This document shows, in pieces, positions 9,198 to 18,549 of a stretch of 36,355 nucleotides of DNA. Numbering within the stretch: the stretch's first letter is position 1; the number at the start of each line of letters is the position of its first letter. The DNA is from a virus (lineage: Duplodnaviria > Caudoviricetes). Under the pieces are notes generated by a model. It saw only the letters and a program-made list of their open reading frames with translations. It was not told where the DNA came from and did no database searches. The position numbers were made by a program, and so were the translations under genes. The stretch covers positions 1 to 36,355 of IMG/VR virus record IMGVR_UViG_3300022876_000012; one strand, 5' to 3'.

Positions 9198-10043
9198 ATG
9201 ACCACCACCTTACGTCATGGGGATCGCTCGCAAGCGGTGCGTACCCTGCAAAAAAACCTCAACCAACACGGCGCCAAGCTGGAAATCGACGGTGATTACG
9301 GCGATGCCACCGAAGCCGCCGTGCGCGCTTATCAACTCAAAGTCGGTTTGGTCGTCGACGGCGTCGCCGGCAACAAAACGCAGGCCGCACTCGCCGGTAG
9401 TGACTGCCAGCAGTTGCTAAGAAACGCCGATTTGGTTAGTGCTGCCGAACGTCTCGGCGTGCCGCTGGCCAGCGTCTACGCCGTCAATGAAGTCGAGTCG
9501 AAGGGCAATGGCTTCCTCGACAATGGCAAACCGGTGATTTTGTTTGAACGACACATCATGTACCGCCAACTGTCGAAGGTTCGGCATGATGGCGACGATC
9601 CCACGGCGCTCAAACTACACGCTGACCAGTTGGCGGCGACCAACCCTGCAATCGTCAATCCGAAATCGGGTGGCTATGCCGGCGGCAGCGCCGAACACCA
9701 GCGCCTGGCAACCGCTCGCTTGATCGATGACACCGCCGCACTGGAGTCTGCCTCTTGGGGTGCGTTCCAGATCATGGGCTTTCATTGGCAGCGCCTGGGC
9801 TATAGCAGCGTGCAGGCTTTTGCCGCTGCCATGAGCGCTGGCGAGTCGCAGCAGTTCGATGCGTTCGTCCGGTTCATCGGGACCGACCCGGTGCTGCACA
9901 AGGCATTGAAGGGCCGCAAGTGGGCCGAGTTTGCCAAGCTGTACAACGGATCGGATTACCAGCGAAACCTGTACGACATCAAACTCCAGCGTGCCTACGA
10001 GCGGCACGACGACTGCGGATGCGGTCAGGCGGTGGCCGCATGA
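9198..10043 (+). CDS. Modular endolysin: peptidoglycan-binding domain plus DUF3380-type muramidase
   Basis: N-terminal LRHGDRSQAVRTLQ..DGDYGDATEAAV..DGVAG; C-terminal EVES.G.GF, ILFERH, SASWGAFQIMGF, FAKLYNG. Confidence 0.92.
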   Translation: MTTTLRHGDRSQAVRTLQKNLNQHGAKLEIDGDYGDATEAAVRAYQLKVGLVVDGVAGNKTQAALAGSDCQQLLRNADLVSAAERLGVPLASVYAVNEVESKGNGFLDNGKPVILFERHIMYRQLSKVRHDGDDPTALKLHADQLAATNPAIVNPKSGGYAGGSAEHQRLATARLIDDTAALESASWGAFQIMGFHWQRLGYSSVQAFAAAMSAGESQQFDAFVRFIGTDPVLHKALKGRKWAEFAKLYNGSDYQRNLYDIKLQRAYERHDDCGCGQAVAA

Positions 10044-10246
10044 TCGACTTCGACGCGGTTCAGCGGCTGAACGTGCAAGACGGTGATCTGCTGGTGGTAC
10101 CAGAGGACAGTGATCAGCAAGACATGGTGCAGCTGCGCGATGCGCTTCGAATGCAGAATCCTCAACGCAAAGTCATCATCATTCGTGGCCCGATCCAGCA
10201 CATGGATATCGGCGACATGAATCAGCTCGGCTGGTACCGGGCGTGA
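10040..10246 (+). CDS. Small hypothetical protein in the lysis cassette
   Basis: 68 aa (MIDFDAVQRL...GWYRA), overlap-coupled to both the endolysin and the spanin. Confidence 0.75.
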   Translation: MIDFDAVQRLNVQDGDLLVVPEDSDQQDMVQLRDALRMQNPQRKVIIIRGPIQHMDIGDMNQLGWYRA

Positions 10247-10686
10247 GCGTCCTGCGGCAGGCCTTGCTCGGTGTGGCATTGCTTGCAGCGCTGGGGCTGC
10301 TGATCTGGAGCCAGGAGCTGCGCATCAGCGGGGCGAACAAGGACACCCGACTGGCCGAGCAAGACGCCAGCCGCGCCCAAGAACAAGCCGAACGCAACCT
10401 CTCCAATGCCAACGCGTTGCGCGACACCCTGCAACAGGAACGCAACGCCCAGGCCACCCTGCGCGCGCAACAGGATCAATTGCGCCAAGGCCTGGCAAAG
10501 CGCGAACTCACCATCGAGGCTCTGAAACGTGAAAACGTCGACCTACGCAATTGGGCTGTCCAGCCTTTGCCTAATGCTGCTCGCCGGCTGCGCGAGCGCC
10601 CCGCCCTCACCGGCGCCGACGCTTATCGTCAGTGGCTGTCCGGCCGTGGTGCCGTGCACGCTGCCGGCGACCAGCCCACGCAGTAA
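10243..10686 (+). CDS. lysB: i-spanin (Rz-like, P2 LysB)
   Basis: N-terminal TM segment, coiled coil, LKRENVDLRNWAVQPLP. Confidence 0.88.
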   Translation: MSVLRQALLGVALLAALGLLIWSQELRISGANKDTRLAEQDASRAQEQAERNLSNANALRDTLQQERNAQATLRAQQDQLRQGLAKRELTIEALKRENVDLRNWAVQPLPNAARRLRERPALTGADAYRQWLSGRGAVHAAGDQPTQ

Positions 10687-10786
10687 CGGCGATCAGCTGA
10701 CCGATCAGGATCGCGTCGAGGCCGCGTGGGCAGACTGTGCGAGCCAGGTCGACATGGTTTACCAACACCAGCAGGCCCGACCATGA
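10529..10786 (+). CDS. lysC: o-spanin lipoprotein (Rz1-like, P2 LysC)
   Basis: Lipobox LLAGC, Pro-rich, GCP..VPC..NGD..WADCA.QVD; overlaps lysB in another frame. Confidence 0.88.
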   Translation: MKTSTYAIGLSSLCLMLLAGCASAPPSPAPTLIVSGCPAVVPCTLPATSPRSNGDQLTDQDRVEAAWADCASQVDMVYQHQQARP

Positions 10787-11259
10787 ACAAGCCCGACAGC
10801 CTGAAAGCGCACCTGCTCGCCACCGTGGCCGAACTCAAGCACAACCCCGACCGACTTTTGATCTTCATCGACAATGGCAAGATCCGCTGCACCGCCGCGC
10901 AGACGCTGTCGTTCGAGTACAGCTTCGACCTGCAGGTCATCCTTACCGACTTCGCCGGCCACCCCGACAGCGTTATGTTGCCTTTGCTGGGCTGGCTGAG
11001 TGTTCACCAGTCCGAGCTGCTGGAGAATCTGAGCAAGGCCGCTGAAGGCATCCAGTTTGAGGCTGACATTCTCGACAACAGCAAAGTGGATATGAGCCTG
11101 ACACTGCCGCTGACCGAGCGTGTCGTGGTGGGCAAGGACGATCAGGGCAACACCACCATCCGCCATCCCGGCGAGCCGCAACGGGCTGCCAACTTCCTCG
11201 ACCCGAACTGGATACCGGGCGCCCAAGGAACAGGTAGCGAGTGGGTAGTGCCGGAATGA
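10783..11259 (+). CDS. R: Tail completion protein, P2 gpR
   Basis: MNKPDSLKAHL..NPDRLLIFIDNG..SFEY..LPLTERV. Confidence 0.92.
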   Translation: MNKPDSLKAHLLATVAELKHNPDRLLIFIDNGKIRCTAAQTLSFEYSFDLQVILTDFAGHPDSVMLPLLGWLSVHQSELLENLSKAAEGIQFEADILDNSKVDMSLTLPLTERVVVGKDDQGNTTIRHPGEPQRAANFLDPNWIPGAQGTGSEWVVPE

Positions 11260-11720
11260 CCAACCGACTGGAAGCGCTGGAGGATTGGGCGGCGGGATTG
11301 CTCGGGCAGCTTGAGACGGCATCGCGCAACAAGTTAGCCCGCAGCGTTGGCCAGGCGTTGCGCCGCAGCCAACAGCAACGAATCATTGCCCAGCAGAACC
11401 CGGATGGCAGCAAGTACGCGCCGCGCAAGCAACGTAACCTGCGCGGTAAACAGGGCCGAGTGAAGCGGAAAGTGAAAATGTTTCAGAAGCTGCGAACGGC
11501 AAGTTTTCTCAAGGTGCAAGGCGACGGGAGTGCTATCAGCGTCGGATTCACCGGTCGAATTGCCCGAATTGCTCGGGTGCATCAATACGGTTTAAAGGAT
11601 CGGGCAGAACGTGGTGCACCAGATGTCCAGTATGAACAAAGGGGACTACTCGGTTTCACTGATGCTGACCTTGAGCTGATTCGGGATGAACTGCTTAATC
11701 ACCTAACTCAAACAATCTAA
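11256..11720 (+). CDS. S: Virion morphogenesis/tail completion protein, P2 gpS
   Basis: RRSQQQRI.AQQNPDGS.Y.PRK, RIARVHQYG, R.LLGF. Confidence 0.92.
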   Translation: MTNRLEALEDWAAGLLGQLETASRNKLARSVGQALRRSQQQRIIAQQNPDGSKYAPRKQRNLRGKQGRVKRKVKMFQKLRTASFLKVQGDGSAISVGFTGRIARIARVHQYGLKDRAERGAPDVQYEQRGLLGFTDADLELIRDELLNHLTQTI

Positions 11721-11827
11721 TCACCGAAGGCCAAAATTTCCTTTCCAACCTGAAAGCGGGTAAAAGAGCTTTGAGCATTAGCTGAACAACAGCAAGGACT
11801 GTATAGCCAGACGGAGCTTCTCAAATC

Positions 11828-12547
11828 ATGCTTAAAACCTTTCAGGCGCATTGCCCCCGATGCAATGGGGATAGGACCTGCTACATCCACGGTGAGGTTG
11901 AGTCGCCATGGAGTTGGTCTGATGGAAGTCATCAACAATGGGGGCAAAGCGACTACAAACTAGCGCAGTGTTGTGGCTGCAAAGAAGTCTTTTTTCATGA
12001 AAGCAGTTGGTCCTCCGAGGACTGGGACATCGGTTACAACGCTTCAGGGGAGGAGGTAACTTTCAACCCCAAAACCATTACGACTTATCCAACTCCAGAA
12101 AAGAAAAGCGATAAGCCTGACTGGGTATGGAAGATTGCGCAAATTGACCCCCAACTTTTTTCGATCTTGAACGAGATGTATCAAGCGTATGAACACGGGT
12201 CATTCATTCTTGCGGCAATAGGTTTGCGTACCGCATTCGACCGCACCACGGAAATTTTAAAAATCCATCCTTCCTTACCATTAGAAGAAAAGGTAAAGCG
12301 GCTGCGTGAAGATGGTTTTATTGGAGAAACTGAGTCACAGACTTTAAGCGTGGTGATAGATGCAGGCAGTGCAGCAGCCCACCGTGCTTGGTCTCCAGCA
12401 TACCCAGAGTTTCAAACCTTATTGATCACCCTTGAACAGTTCATTTATCGAACGGTGGTTAGTGGAAAAGATGTTTTATCTATAGCTCAGAGAATCCCTG
12501 CTAAGCCTCCGCGCCAGCCAAAGGCCCCCAAACCAAGTACGAAATAG
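11828..12547 (+). CDS. Moron: Zn-finger plus DUF4145 (HEPN-like) domain protein
   Basis: CPRC...CCGC; C-terminal AAIGLRTAFD...LEEKVKRLREDGFI...AGSAAAH pattern; AT-rich insert between S and V. Confidence 0.8.
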   Translation: MLKTFQAHCPRCNGDRTCYIHGEVESPWSWSDGSHQQWGQSDYKLAQCCGCKEVFFHESSWSSEDWDIGYNASGEEVTFNPKTITTYPTPEKKSDKPDWVWKIAQIDPQLFSILNEMYQAYEHGSFILAAIGLRTAFDRTTEILKIHPSLPLEEKVKRLREDGFIGETESQTLSVVIDAGSAAAHRAWSPAYPEFQTLLITLEQFIYRTVVSGKDVLSIAQRIPAKPPRQPKAPKPSTK

Positions 12548-12553
12548 AAAGCC

Positions 12554-12572
12554 TGTAGGGCTTAGTTTTACA
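12554..12572 (+). promoter_or_regulatory. Late activator dyad of the V promoter
   Basis: TGTAG-N9-TTACA, CGCGCG 23 nt later, CACCAT 35 nt later; same geometry as the O promoter. Confidence 0.7.
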
Positions 12573-12619
12573 ACTCTACAAAGCTGCACTCCCACGCGCG
12601 TGGCGCCACCATCGGCGCC

Positions 12620-13192
12620 ATGAACGACTTAGCCACCCTCGCCCGCCTGATCGAAAACCTCATCCGCCTCGGCACCATCGCTGCCGTCCAGATGAGGCCC
12701 CCGCGTGTGCAGGTCAAAACCGGAACCCTCACCACCGGCTGGCTCCCATGGATTGCCCCCCGGGCCGGCGCCGACCGTGAGTGGAACCCTCCCACCATCG
12801 ACGAGCAGGTCATCCTGTTCAGCCCTTCCGGCCAGCTCGGCAACGGCATCGTCCTGACCGGCCTGTTCAGCGACAACATCCCAGCAAATGGCGGCCGCGA
12901 AGGTCTTCACCGCTGCACCTACCGCGACGGTACCGTCATCGAATACGACAGCGTCGCGCACCACCTCAACGCCACACTGACCGAAGGCGGCACCACCAAC
13001 CTGATCAGCAGCGGCGGCATCCACATCGTCGGCCCGATCACCCATGAGGGCGACTACACCCAGACCGGCAACCAGAACATCACCGGCAAGGTTACCGTGT
13101 CCGAAGACGTCATCGCGGCCGGCATCAGTCTGGTGAAGCACTTGCACGGCGGTGTCATGCCTGGCGGCGCGAAGACGGGGAAACCGGAATGA
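12620..13192 (+). CDS. V: Baseplate spike protein, P2 gpV
   Basis: RLIENLIRLGTI, TGWLPW...RAG, PTIDEQV, DGTVIEYD, C-terminal HLHGGV (HxH). Confidence 0.94.
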   Translation: MNDLATLARLIENLIRLGTIAAVQMRPPRVQVKTGTLTTGWLPWIAPRAGADREWNPPTIDEQVILFSPSGQLGNGIVLTGLFSDNIPANGGREGLHRCTYRDGTVIEYDSVAHHLNATLTEGGTTNLISSGGIHIVGPITHEGDYTQTGNQNITGKVTVSEDVIAAGISLVKHLHGGVMPGGAKTGKPE

Positions 13193-13533
13193 ACCGAGAA
13201 ACCGGCGCAGCCCTCGGCATGGTCGAACACATCGCCCAGTCCATCACCGACATCCTGACTACCCGCATCGGCACCCGCGTCATGCGCCGCGAATACGGCA
13301 GCCTGCTCCCCGAGCTGGTCGATCAGCCGTTTAACGACTTCACCCGCTTGCAGGTCTACGCCGCCACCGTAATGGCCCTGATGCGCTGGGAAACCCGCAT
13401 CAGCCTCAGCCGTATCCAGTTCATCGGTGCAAACCTTCAGGGTCAGGCGTCGCTTGAGTTTGAAGGCACCATCGTCGACAACAATCAGCCGCTGAGCCTG
13501 AGCGTCCCTCTGCAACTGGGGGGCAGTGTATGA
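13189..13533 (+). CDS. W: Baseplate protein, P2 gpW (gp25-like)
   Basis: HIAQSITDILTTRIGTRVMRREYGS, ALMRWE.RI. Confidence 0.94.
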   Translation: MNRETGAALGMVEHIAQSITDILTTRIGTRVMRREYGSLLPELVDQPFNDFTRLQVYAATVMALMRWETRISLSRIQFIGANLQGQASLEFEGTIVDNNQPLSLSVPLQLGGSV

Positions 13534-14441
13534 ATACGTTTGTAGCCATCGACCTCGGCCAGTTGCCTGCGCCGCAGATCGTCGAACAGATCGACTACGA
13601 ACAGATCCTCGCCGAGCGCAAGGCCTACGCCATCAGCCTGTGGCCGGTCGAGCAACAGGCCGAGATTGCCGCCCGCCTCAACATGGAGTCGGAGCCACTG
13701 ACCAAATTGCTTGAGGAAAACGCCTACCGCGAAACCATCTGGCGTCAGCGGGTCAATGAAGCCTCCGTCGCCAATATGCTCGCCTTGGCCAAGGGCACCG
13801 ACCTCGAACAGCTCGCCGCCAACTTCAACGTGAAGCGCCTGGTTATTCAAGCTGCAAACCCGACAGCCGTACCGCCAATCCCAAAGCTGATGGAAAGCGA
13901 CGACAGCCTGCGCGAGCGTGCACAGATGGCATGGGAAGGCCTCAGCACCGCCGGCCCGCGCAACAGCTACATCTTCCACGCTCGCTCTGCTGACGGTCAG
14001 GTCGCCGATGCCACCGCGGAAAGTCCGGCGCCGGCCGAGGCTGTGGTAACGGTGCAATCCGTGCTGGGCGACGGTACAGCGTCACAGGCACTGCTCGACA
14101 AAGTGAAGGCCTATCTCAGCGACGACGACCGCCGACCGGTTGCAGATCGCCTGACCGTTCAAGGCGCGGAGATCATCAACTACCAAATCAAGGCAAGGAT
14201 CTACCCACTCAGCAGCGGACCAGAAACCGAACTCGTTCTCGCCGCTGCCGAAGTCCAATTGCTCAAATTCGTGCACCAACGGCGGCGCCTGGCACTGGAG
14301 GTTTCAGAGTCCATCGTGCACGCCGCGCTGCACGTTGAGGGGGTGCGCAAAGTGGTGCTTGAGGATTGGGAAGACATCGTCGCTACCAAGTACCAGGCGC
14401 CGTATTGCACGAGCATTGAACTGACGTTGGGGGTTGAGTGA
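13530..14441 (+). CDS. J: Baseplate assembly protein, P2 gpJ
   Basis: IDLGQLPAP, ESEPLTKLLEENAYRE, STAGP, RPVADRLTV. Confidence 0.94.
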   Translation: MNTFVAIDLGQLPAPQIVEQIDYEQILAERKAYAISLWPVEQQAEIAARLNMESEPLTKLLEENAYRETIWRQRVNEASVANMLALAKGTDLEQLAANFNVKRLVIQAANPTAVPPIPKLMESDDSLRERAQMAWEGLSTAGPRNSYIFHARSADGQVADATAESPAPAEAVVTVQSVLGDGTASQALLDKVKAYLSDDDRRPVADRLTVQGAEIINYQIKARIYPLSSGPETELVLAAAEVQLLKFVHQRRRLALEVSESIVHAALHVEGVRKVVLEDWEDIVATKYQAPYCTSIELTLGVE

Positions 14442-15064
14442 TGGCCTATCAGCCGCTGCTCCCTGGCAACTCGACCCCTTTGGAACGTCAAGCCGCGCAA
14501 GCGTTGGCAGAAATCCAACGCGTGCCGATTCCGTTACGCGCGCTCTACAACCCCGACTTGTGCCCCCTGCCCTTACTGCCGTACCTGGCCTGGGCGTTTT
14601 CGGTTGATCGCTGGGACAGCAAATGGTCAGAAGCCGCCAAGCGTGCCGCGTGCAGAGCCGCGTATTACGTGCACTCCCACAAGGGCACCATCGGCGCATT
14701 GCGTCGAGTGGTGGAACCACTGGGCTATTTGATCGAGGTCGCCGAGTGGTGGCAAACCGTTCCGCCCGGTACGGCCGGCACGTTCGCCTTGCGCATCGGC
14801 GTCCTCGACTCCGGCATCACCGAAGCGATGTACGAGGAACTGGTCTGGCTGATCGACGACGCCAAGCCCCTCACCCGCCATCTCACCGGCCTCGACATCA
14901 TTCTTGAAACCCGACTCGACGCCTTCGCTGGCTTCGTCGTTTACGACGGCGACGAAATCGACGTGTACCCCTGGAACAACCCGGACATCGACGTATCCGT
15001 CCGAGGTTACAGCGGCGTGAGCCTTTACACCCTCGACGAACTGGACGTGTATCCCCATGGTTGA
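14441..15064 (+). CDS. I: Tail/baseplate protein, P2 gpI
   Basis: LLPGNST.LE, LLPYLAWAFSVDRWD, HKGTIGALRR, IDDAKP.TRH. Start may be 14438. Confidence 0.94.
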   Translation: MAYQPLLPGNSTPLERQAAQALAEIQRVPIPLRALYNPDLCPLPLLPYLAWAFSVDRWDSKWSEAAKRAACRAAYYVHSHKGTIGALRRVVEPLGYLIEVAEWWQTVPPGTAGTFALRIGVLDSGITEAMYEELVWLIDDAKPLTRHLTGLDIILETRLDAFAGFVVYDGDEIDVYPWNNPDIDVSVRGYSGVSLYTLDELDVYPHG

Positions 15065-16127
15065 TCAGAACTCTATTTTCGGCGGCATGCTGACGACGCT
15101 GGGCGCCGCCAAGAAAACCAACTGCGACGCCCTCGGCATTCCGTGGGAACCGCGCTACATGCTGATCGGCGACGCCAACGGCACCGACCCGGTGCCCAGT
15201 CCGGCACAGACCAAGCTGATCAACCAGCGGTACCGCGCACAACTCAATCAGTTGCGTGTATCCCCAACCGACGACAACGTCCTCATCGCGGAATTGGTGC
15301 TGCCCCCAGATGTTGGCGGTTGGTGGATTCGCGAGCTGGCGCTCGAAGACAAGGACGGCGTGTTCTCAGCCGTGGCCAACGTGGCGCCAAGCTATAAGCC
15401 CTTGCTCGCGCAGGGGTCGGGCCGCAACCAGGTTGTACGCATGCACGTCATCACCAGCGGCACCGCAAATATTCAATTGAAGATTGATCCATCCGTCGTG
15501 CTTGCTACGCGGGAATTCGTCAACACCTCGATCCTCAACGTGCTACCCGCAGACAAGAGCGCCGGCACGTTCACGAAGGTCACCATCAATGATCGTGGGA
15601 TTGTCCAAAGCGGTAGCAATCCCACCACACTGACTGGCTATGGTGTTGACTTCGCGTCAAAGTTTGACGCGGAGACAGGAACCGACACAGAACGCCCAAT
15701 GAACGCGTTACGTGTTTTTCAAGCCATCGCAGCCAAGGTCATGCAGGCAACAGAAACCGCACTGGGCATCGCCAAGATCGGCAGTCAGAACCAGGTTGAT
15801 TCCGGCACGGACGACGCTGTGTATGTCACCCCCAAAAAACTGCGTTGGGGATTCCAGATCCTTAAACAGGGCAACGGTTACGTGGTGTTCCCGACCTGGC
15901 TAGGTGGCTTGGTCATTCAATGGGGATTCCAGAACGTGCCGGGGAGCACGACCGCCACCTACCCCTTTCCGATGGCCTTTCCCAACTCGGGTGCTGGGAT
16001 CACAGCGAGTTTCGGCATACCGGCTCAGAGCAGTGTCAATGCCGACATCGTCAGCGCGAATCAATATCGCCTGCAGAATCTTTACACCGGCCAGCAAATC
16101 GCCCGATGGATTGCCATCGGCTACTAG
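15057..16127 (+). CDS. H: Tail fibre protein (P2 gpH-like)
   Basis: N-terminal GGWWIRE..YKPLL.QGSG..LKIDPSVVLATR; ATE..G and TPKKL fibre motifs; C-terminal NGY..P...GGLVIQWG. Confidence 0.9.
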   Translation: MVDQNSIFGGMLTTLGAAKKTNCDALGIPWEPRYMLIGDANGTDPVPSPAQTKLINQRYRAQLNQLRVSPTDDNVLIAELVLPPDVGGWWIRELALEDKDGVFSAVANVAPSYKPLLAQGSGRNQVVRMHVITSGTANIQLKIDPSVVLATREFVNTSILNVLPADKSAGTFTKVTINDRGIVQSGSNPTTLTGYGVDFASKFDAETGTDTERPMNALRVFQAIAAKVMQATETALGIAKIGSQNQVDSGTDDAVYVTPKKLRWGFQILKQGNGYVVFPTWLGGLVIQWGFQNVPGSTTATYPFPMAFPNSGAGITASFGIPAQSSVNADIVSANQYRLQNLYTGQQIARWIAIGY

Positions 16128-16135
16128 GGGATGCC

Positions 16136-16663
16136 ATGAAGTACGCAACGTTTAATGAAGCCCTGGAGCTGAGCGGCCGCTATGACTCAGCTGTTCACAA
16201 CAGCATTCCACCGGGGGCAATCAAGATATCCGATGCCTTGTACTTCCAGACCATTCGGGAAAACGACGGTGTCTGGACGTTGGTCGACGGATCGATCATC
16301 AAACAGACGGCCCCCGTTGCCACACCCGACTGGCCAGCCCTCATCGCGCAAGAGCGCTACCGCCGCGAGGCATCGGGAATCCTTTTCGACACCTGGCTGA
16401 TCGATACATCACGCGATGGCCAAGCGCTGATAGCCGGCGCTGCGGTCTCGGCGATACTCGACCCGAATTACCACTGCAACTGGAAAACCGGAGTTGGCTT
16501 TATCGAACTTCAGGCCCACCAATTGATCGCCATTGCCAATGCGGTTCGCACGCATGTCCAGGCATGTTTCGACCGAGAGTTGATGCTGCTGCGCGCCATT
16601 GAAGCCGGTGAATTTCACGACGCCATGCTGACTGAAGGTTGGCCAGGTACCACGGCGGGCTGA
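16136..16663 (+). CDS. Tail-fibre assembly-position protein (DUF4376-like)
   Basis: Directly after the fibre; ERYRRE.SGI, IDTSRDGQALI, WKT..GF, HVQACFDRE. Confidence 0.75.
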   Translation: MKYATFNEALELSGRYDSAVHNSIPPGAIKISDALYFQTIRENDGVWTLVDGSIIKQTAPVATPDWPALIAQERYRREASGILFDTWLIDTSRDGQALIAGAAVSAILDPNYHCNWKTGVGFIELQAHQLIAIANAVRTHVQACFDRELMLLRAIEAGEFHDAMLTEGWPGTTAG

Positions 16664-16680
16664 AACGGATTCGAGTCCCG

Positions 16681-16701
16681 TTGTAGTTTTCGGATCTACA
16701 A
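16681..16701 (+). promoter_or_regulatory. Late activator dyad of the F (sheath) promoter
   Basis: Perfect TTGTAG-N9-CTACAA; CGCGCG run; CAGCCT 35 nt after the ACA. Confidence 0.72.
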
Positions 16702-16776
16702 GTACCAGCGCTCGCCCATCCGGCGCGCGCGCGGCAGCCTGTGCACTGTCATCTCATTTACTGCGCAGGCAAAACC

Positions 16777-17946
16777 ATGGCCGATTATCTTCACGGCGTG
16801 CGGGTGCTCGAACTCAACGACGGCACCCGCCCCATTCGCACCATCCCCACCGCTGTCATCGGCATGGTCTGCACGGCCGACGATGCTGATGCCACGTTCT
16901 TTCCGTTGGACACACCGGTCCTGCTCACCAATGTGCAGACCGCCATTGCCAAGGCAGGCATAAAGGGCACCCTCGCGGTCAGCCTGCAAGCGATTGCCGA
17001 CCAAACTAAACCCTACACCATCGTAGTTCGGGTCAAGGAAGGTGCTACCGAGGCAGAAACAACCTCAGCACTGATCGGTACCACCACCGCCGACGGCAAA
17101 TACACCGGTATGAAAGCGTTGCTCGCTGCCAAGGCCAGAGTCGGCATGGTGCCGCGCATCCTTGGCGTGCCAGGCCTCGACAGCCAACCGGTAGCCACCG
17201 CCTTGGTCAGCATCGGCCAACAGTTACGCGCCTTCAACTACGTCAGTGCCTGGGACTGCAAAACCAAGGAAGAAGCGGTCGCCTATCGCGAGAACTTCGG
17301 TGCCCGTGAAGTGATGGTGATCTGGCCCGATTTCCAGAACTGGGACACCGCAACCGACAAAACCGTAAAGGCCTCGGCCGTCGCCCGTGCCCTTGGGTTA
17401 CGCGCCAAGATCGATCAGGAAGTGGGTTGGCACAAAACCCTGTCCAACGTTGCAGTGAACGGTGTCACCGGCATCAGCGCCGACGTGTTCTGGGATCTGC
17501 AAAACCCGGCCACCGATGCCAATTACCTCAACGGCAACGAGGTCACCACCCTGATCAACGAAAGCGGTTTTCGTTTTTGGGGCAGTCGCACTTGCAGCGA
17601 CGATCCGCTGTTTGCTTTCGAGAACTACACCCGCACCGCGCAAATCCTCGCCGACACCATGGCCGAGGCGCAGATGTGGGCCATCGACAAGCCCATGAAC
17701 CCCTCCCTGGTGCGCGACATCATCGAGAGCAATAACGCAAAGTTCCGCGAGCTGACAGCCAACGGCTACCTGCTCGGCGGTAGTTGCTGGTACCCGGAAG
17801 ACGTCAACGACAAAGACACCCTCAAGGCCGGCAAGTTGTACATCGACTACGACTACACGCCTGTACCACCGCTGGAAGATCTCACGCTGCGCCAGCGCAT
17901 CACTGACCGCTACCTCATCAACTTCGCCGCCAAAGTAAACAGCTGA
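16777..17946 (+). CDS. FI: Contractile tail sheath, P2 FI
   Basis: YLHGVRV.E, PRILGVPG, GWHKTLSN, GFRFWG.RT, DYDYTPVPPLE.L. Confidence 0.96.
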   Translation: MADYLHGVRVLELNDGTRPIRTIPTAVIGMVCTADDADATFFPLDTPVLLTNVQTAIAKAGIKGTLAVSLQAIADQTKPYTIVVRVKEGATEAETTSALIGTTTADGKYTGMKALLAAKARVGMVPRILGVPGLDSQPVATALVSIGQQLRAFNYVSAWDCKTKEEAVAYRENFGAREVMVIWPDFQNWDTATDKTVKASAVARALGLRAKIDQEVGWHKTLSNVAVNGVTGISADVFWDLQNPATDANYLNGNEVTTLINESGFRFWGSRTCSDDPLFAFENYTRTAQILADTMAEAQMWAIDKPMNPSLVRDIIESNNAKFRELTANGYLLGGSCWYPEDVNDKDTLKAGKLYIDYDYTPVPPLEDLTLRQRITDRYLINFAAKVNS

Positions 17947-18000
17947 GCCGGGACTCCCCAAGGGGGGTCAACCCGTGCCTGAGTACCGGAGAACACCGCC

Positions 18001-18516
18001 ATGGCCATGCCACGCAAGCTCAAAAACCTGAACCTCTTCAACGACGCCAACAACTACGTGGGCGTGGTCAAGTCGGTCACCCTGCCCCCGCTCGGCCGCA
18101 AGATGGAAGCCTATCGGGGCGGCGGCATGAATGGCCCGGTCAAGGCTGACCTCGGCTTTTCAGACGACGGCATCCAGTTCGAATGGAAGACCGGCGGGTT
18201 GGATCTGATTTCCCTCAAACAGTTCGGCGCGGTCAATGCGTCGGGCGTCGCCCTGCGCTTCGCCGGCTCGTTCCAGCAGGACGACACCGGCGAAGTCAGC
18301 GCTGTGGAAGTTGTGCTGCGTGGTCGCCACGAAACCATCGAGATGGGCGACGCGCAGCCCGGCGAAGACACCGAACACAGCATCACCACCACCTGCACCT
18401 ACTACAAGCTGATCGTCGATAACGAGGAAATCATCGAGATCGACTTGCTCAACTTCATCGAGAAGGTCAACGGCAAGGACATGCTGGAGAAACAGCGCTC
18501 CGCCATCGGCCTTTGA
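18001..18516 (+). CDS. FII: Tail tube, P2 FII
   Basis: MAMPRKLK.LNLF, YRGGGM.G, YYKL...EIDL.N. Confidence 0.96.
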   Translation: MAMPRKLKNLNLFNDANNYVGVVKSVTLPPLGRKMEAYRGGGMNGPVKADLGFSDDGIQFEWKTGGLDLISLKQFGAVNASGVALRFAGSFQQDDTGEVSAVEVVLRGRHETIEMGDAQPGEDTEHSITTTCTYYKLIVDNEEIIEIDLLNFIEKVNGKDMLEKQRSAIGL

Positions 18517-18549
18517 ACCCCTCCCTAAATCCATTACCTGGAGCAGCAC

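Noticed and set aside
11799-11814. Possible SOS box CTGTATAGCCAGACGG upstream of the DUF4145 moron
   Set aside because: Mismatch in the invariant CAG half-site (CGG); cannot be supported without binding data.
15700-16663. Invertible tail-fibre segment or DGR target
   Set aside because: No invertase, reverse transcriptase, inverted second fibre end or TR/VR pair in the window.
17952-17969. Hairpin GACTCCCC-AA-GGGGGGTC between FI and FII as a terminator
   Set aside because: No U-tract and it lies inside an operon; at most a stability element.
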